Shown piece after piece: positions 61,641 to 64,000 of a stretch of DNA of 64,000 bases. The stretch lies in contig OZ024740.1 in assembly GCA_964016885.1 (NCBI GenBank), positions 169,756,001 through 169,820,000 on the forward strand, read 5' to 3'. The position numbers were made by a program, and so were the translations under genes. Source of the stretch: Eledone cirrhosa (taxonomy: Eukaryota). The stretch's first letter is position 1; every line of letters begins with the position of its first letter. The notes beneath the pieces were generated by a model that searched no databases, was not told the origin of the DNA, and saw only the letters and a list, made by a program, of their open reading frames with translations.

Positions 61641-61804
61641 TAACAGAAATATCCCGAGCATAATTCAAAAATAGGTGAGTTAGATTTTATATTAAGATTT
61701 TCGTTCAAATATGAGGAAAAACAAGACTGTTTGAAATGCTATATTAAATGACAATCGACACAAAATGTCAGAATTACATATCTCGAAACAGACAAAAACC
61801 TTAC

Positions 61805-61898
61805 CAGATACACATGCCATTTTTTCACAGCAAAAGCTTCCAATTAAAATAAATATATATCTACATGGAATTGTTTAATAGTCGATGCTGTTTTAGCA
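61805..61898 (-). CDS. Candidate signal-peptide/leader exon for the Dscam-like gene
   Basis: There is a strong donor (CTG|GTAAGG) in phase 1, compatible with the Ig1 exon. The frame reads TIPCRYIFILIGSFCCEKMACVS. An in-frame TAA lies just upstream, so the upstream ATG (MLKQHRLL) only joins with a 1-nt indel. Confidence 0.25.
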
Positions 61899-63023
61899 TA
61901 TATATTTATGATTTAATTATTTACATTACAAAAATATATATACGTCATTTAAATTAAACAGACCATTTCAGGTATATTGTACATTATGCTCGAAATATAT
62001 AACGAGTCTATAATAAAAATGTCTCTATATAGAGAATGATTGCAGTAATTATCTATTGATGAGAAGGTGAGTTTTCCGAAATGCATAATGGTAATTTCGT
62101 AGTAATATTTTCTGTATACATTACGAAATATCTAAACAGAGGCCGACACTAATGAGAATAAAAATCAGATACGCATGAATGGAACACTCCTAGTATATGA
62201 AAAGCATATTTATTCTCATTTATGGAGAACAGGAGCCATACGGTCTTGTTATACGCTCCGACAAACGAAGACCTCGATTTGGTTTCAACACAAGGTCAAT
62301 GTACATTTTCTGTACATTATGAATAGAAAGGATATCTGGAAAGACGTTTTGCACTTTCCTTAACGCTTCTAGTTTCCCTGTCTACATAAATATAGGAACG
62401 GAAATCTCCTTTCATACTTGTTTCTCTTGCTATATTCTAATTCTTTATGTATGTATGTCACAATAAAATACATACAGAATGGGATATTTTATAAATTATA
62501 TGAAAAAAGAAATTCTGTTTTATCTCAATGCAGTAATCACTAATCAAGCTATTCTATTATATCTGTGAGAATTATTCTTAATTATTTTTCTAGATCAACT
62601 CAACGGCAAACGAACTCAATGTACAGAACATAAAACTATTTGGCTTTTAGTCATGCCGATTTAAACTACTTGAAAATGTATTGATCGTTGTGGGATTCTG
62701 TCTGTGGAGAACAGTTTTAATCTGGTTAAAATATGAAGTAACTCATAAAACGCATACTGTAACTGTGTTTGCTTTAGTGCAGGTGAAAGCTAGCAAAACA
62801 GGTTCTGTTGACACAATTACTGTAGCAAAGTAATGAGAAATAGCACTGATTAATGCATTATAGATTTGTAGTAGAGTCGAAATGTCAGGCACACTTATTA
62901 GCGCTGTACGAAATATTTTAACGTGGTATTGTTAACCACCCCATTCTTAGAGATGTTCAATGTTTCTTCTTCCTCTTCTTCTTTTCATAATAATAATAGT
63001 AATAATAATAATATTAATAATAA

Positions 63024-63670
63024 TTGTTTCTACTTTTGGCACAAGGCCAGCAATTACCTAGTACATTACTGGTACTTTATTTTATCGACCCCGTATGGAT
63101 GAAAGGCAAAGTTAACCTCGGTGGGATTTGAATTCAGATCATAAAGGGACGTAACTATGCTGGAAAGCATGTCCGAGCCTCTACCGATACTGCCAATTCA
63201 CCGCCCTAATAATAATATTAATAATATTAATAATAATGGTTTCTTATATTTGAAAGGTCATATGTACCTTTTAAATAATTGTTTCTACTTTTGGCACAAA
63301 GCCAGCAATTAAATCAGTGTATTACTGGTACTTTATTTTATCGACCCCGTAAGGATGAAAGGCAAAGTTAACCTTGGTGGGATTTGAACTCAGAATGGCA
63401 AGATGCCGTAACTCTATGCGTCAAAGCATGGTATCCTCTCCTCTACCGATACTGCCAATCCACCGCCCTGTACCTTTTAAATAATTGTTTCTACTTTAGG
63501 CACAAGGCCAGCACATACCAAGTGCATTACTGGTACTTTATTTTATCGACCCCGTAAGGATGAAAGGCAAAGTCAACCTCGGCGGGATTTGAACTCAGAT
63601 CGTAAAGGGACGTAACTATGCTGGAAAGCATGTCGTCCGACCCTCTACCGATACTGCCAATCCACCGCCC
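63024..63670 (-). mobile_element. Three head-to-tail Nin-like SINEs (63024-63206, 63280-63468, 63486-63670)
   Basis: Full head, core and tail in each copy; a 17-bp repeat flanks the second and third copies. Confidence 0.92.
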
Positions 63671-63692
63671 TGCACTGTACCTTTTAAATAAT

Positions 63693-64000
63693 GACTTCAT
63701 TTATTGGCCACACGGGCCGACATATAGGGGACAATACAAAAGAGTGGGACAGTGGGGTTTTACAGAAAAATCGAGTAAACAATATGAAGCACAATAACAA
63801 AGTAACAATAACAAAGTAACAATAAAATTACAACAAGAAAAAAATTCCCCAATAGGGGGTATGACCACTTAGGGTTCGCTCAGATACCCCACCAGTCCTG
63901 AACGACCTGACGCTTCGAGAGCACCCTGGAAGGGCACCCCTCTCCTCCTCAAATTTGCCTACCTACAGTCGCATGACCAGAGTAGGCCCACTCACACGGG
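63693..64000 (-). mobile_element. 3' end of an L1/Tx1 LINE related to the 20953-23761 element (continues beyond the window)
   Basis: Minus strand reads RVSGPTLVMRL*, against [11 protein letters not shown] in the other element. The two share UTR blocks GGAGAGGGG.GC.CCTT and TTTGTATTGTCCC...AATAAA. Confidence 0.8.

Noticed and set aside
63263-63692. CRISPR-like repeat-spacer pattern
   Set aside because: The spacers are ~190-bp homologous SINEs in eukaryotic DNA, and the repeats are better explained as target-site duplications.

Overview
This is AT-rich eukaryotic DNA dominated by repeats, most likely from a coleoid cephalopod such as Octopus (inferred from the SINE families and the very high (TA)n load). 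The only host-gene signal is one minus-strand exon encoding a Dscam Ig1 domain (51199-51528), plus a weak candidate leader exon near 61.8 kb. The rest of the window is probably giant intron or intergenic DNA. It contains two large Penelope-like elements (PLEs) with RT and GIY-YIG domains, a Naiad-type PLE plus a second fragment, many solo or inverted PLE terminal repeats, a 5'-truncated L1/Tx1 LINE, R4/Dong fragments, RTE-derived non-autonomous elements, tRNA-SINEs, MITEs, an 18-bp minisatellite and a 614-bp tandem repeat. The main result is about 18 type I hammerhead ribozyme motifs from about 9 distinct families, found by eye. They include U3-A8 core variants, variants with an extra base after A9, and minimal forms with a palindromic stem III. 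Nearly all sit in elements inserted into (TA)n microsatellites, several as fold-back palindromes. Most ORFs in the supplied track are microsatellite artefacts. All calls come from reading the sequence; no searches were run.
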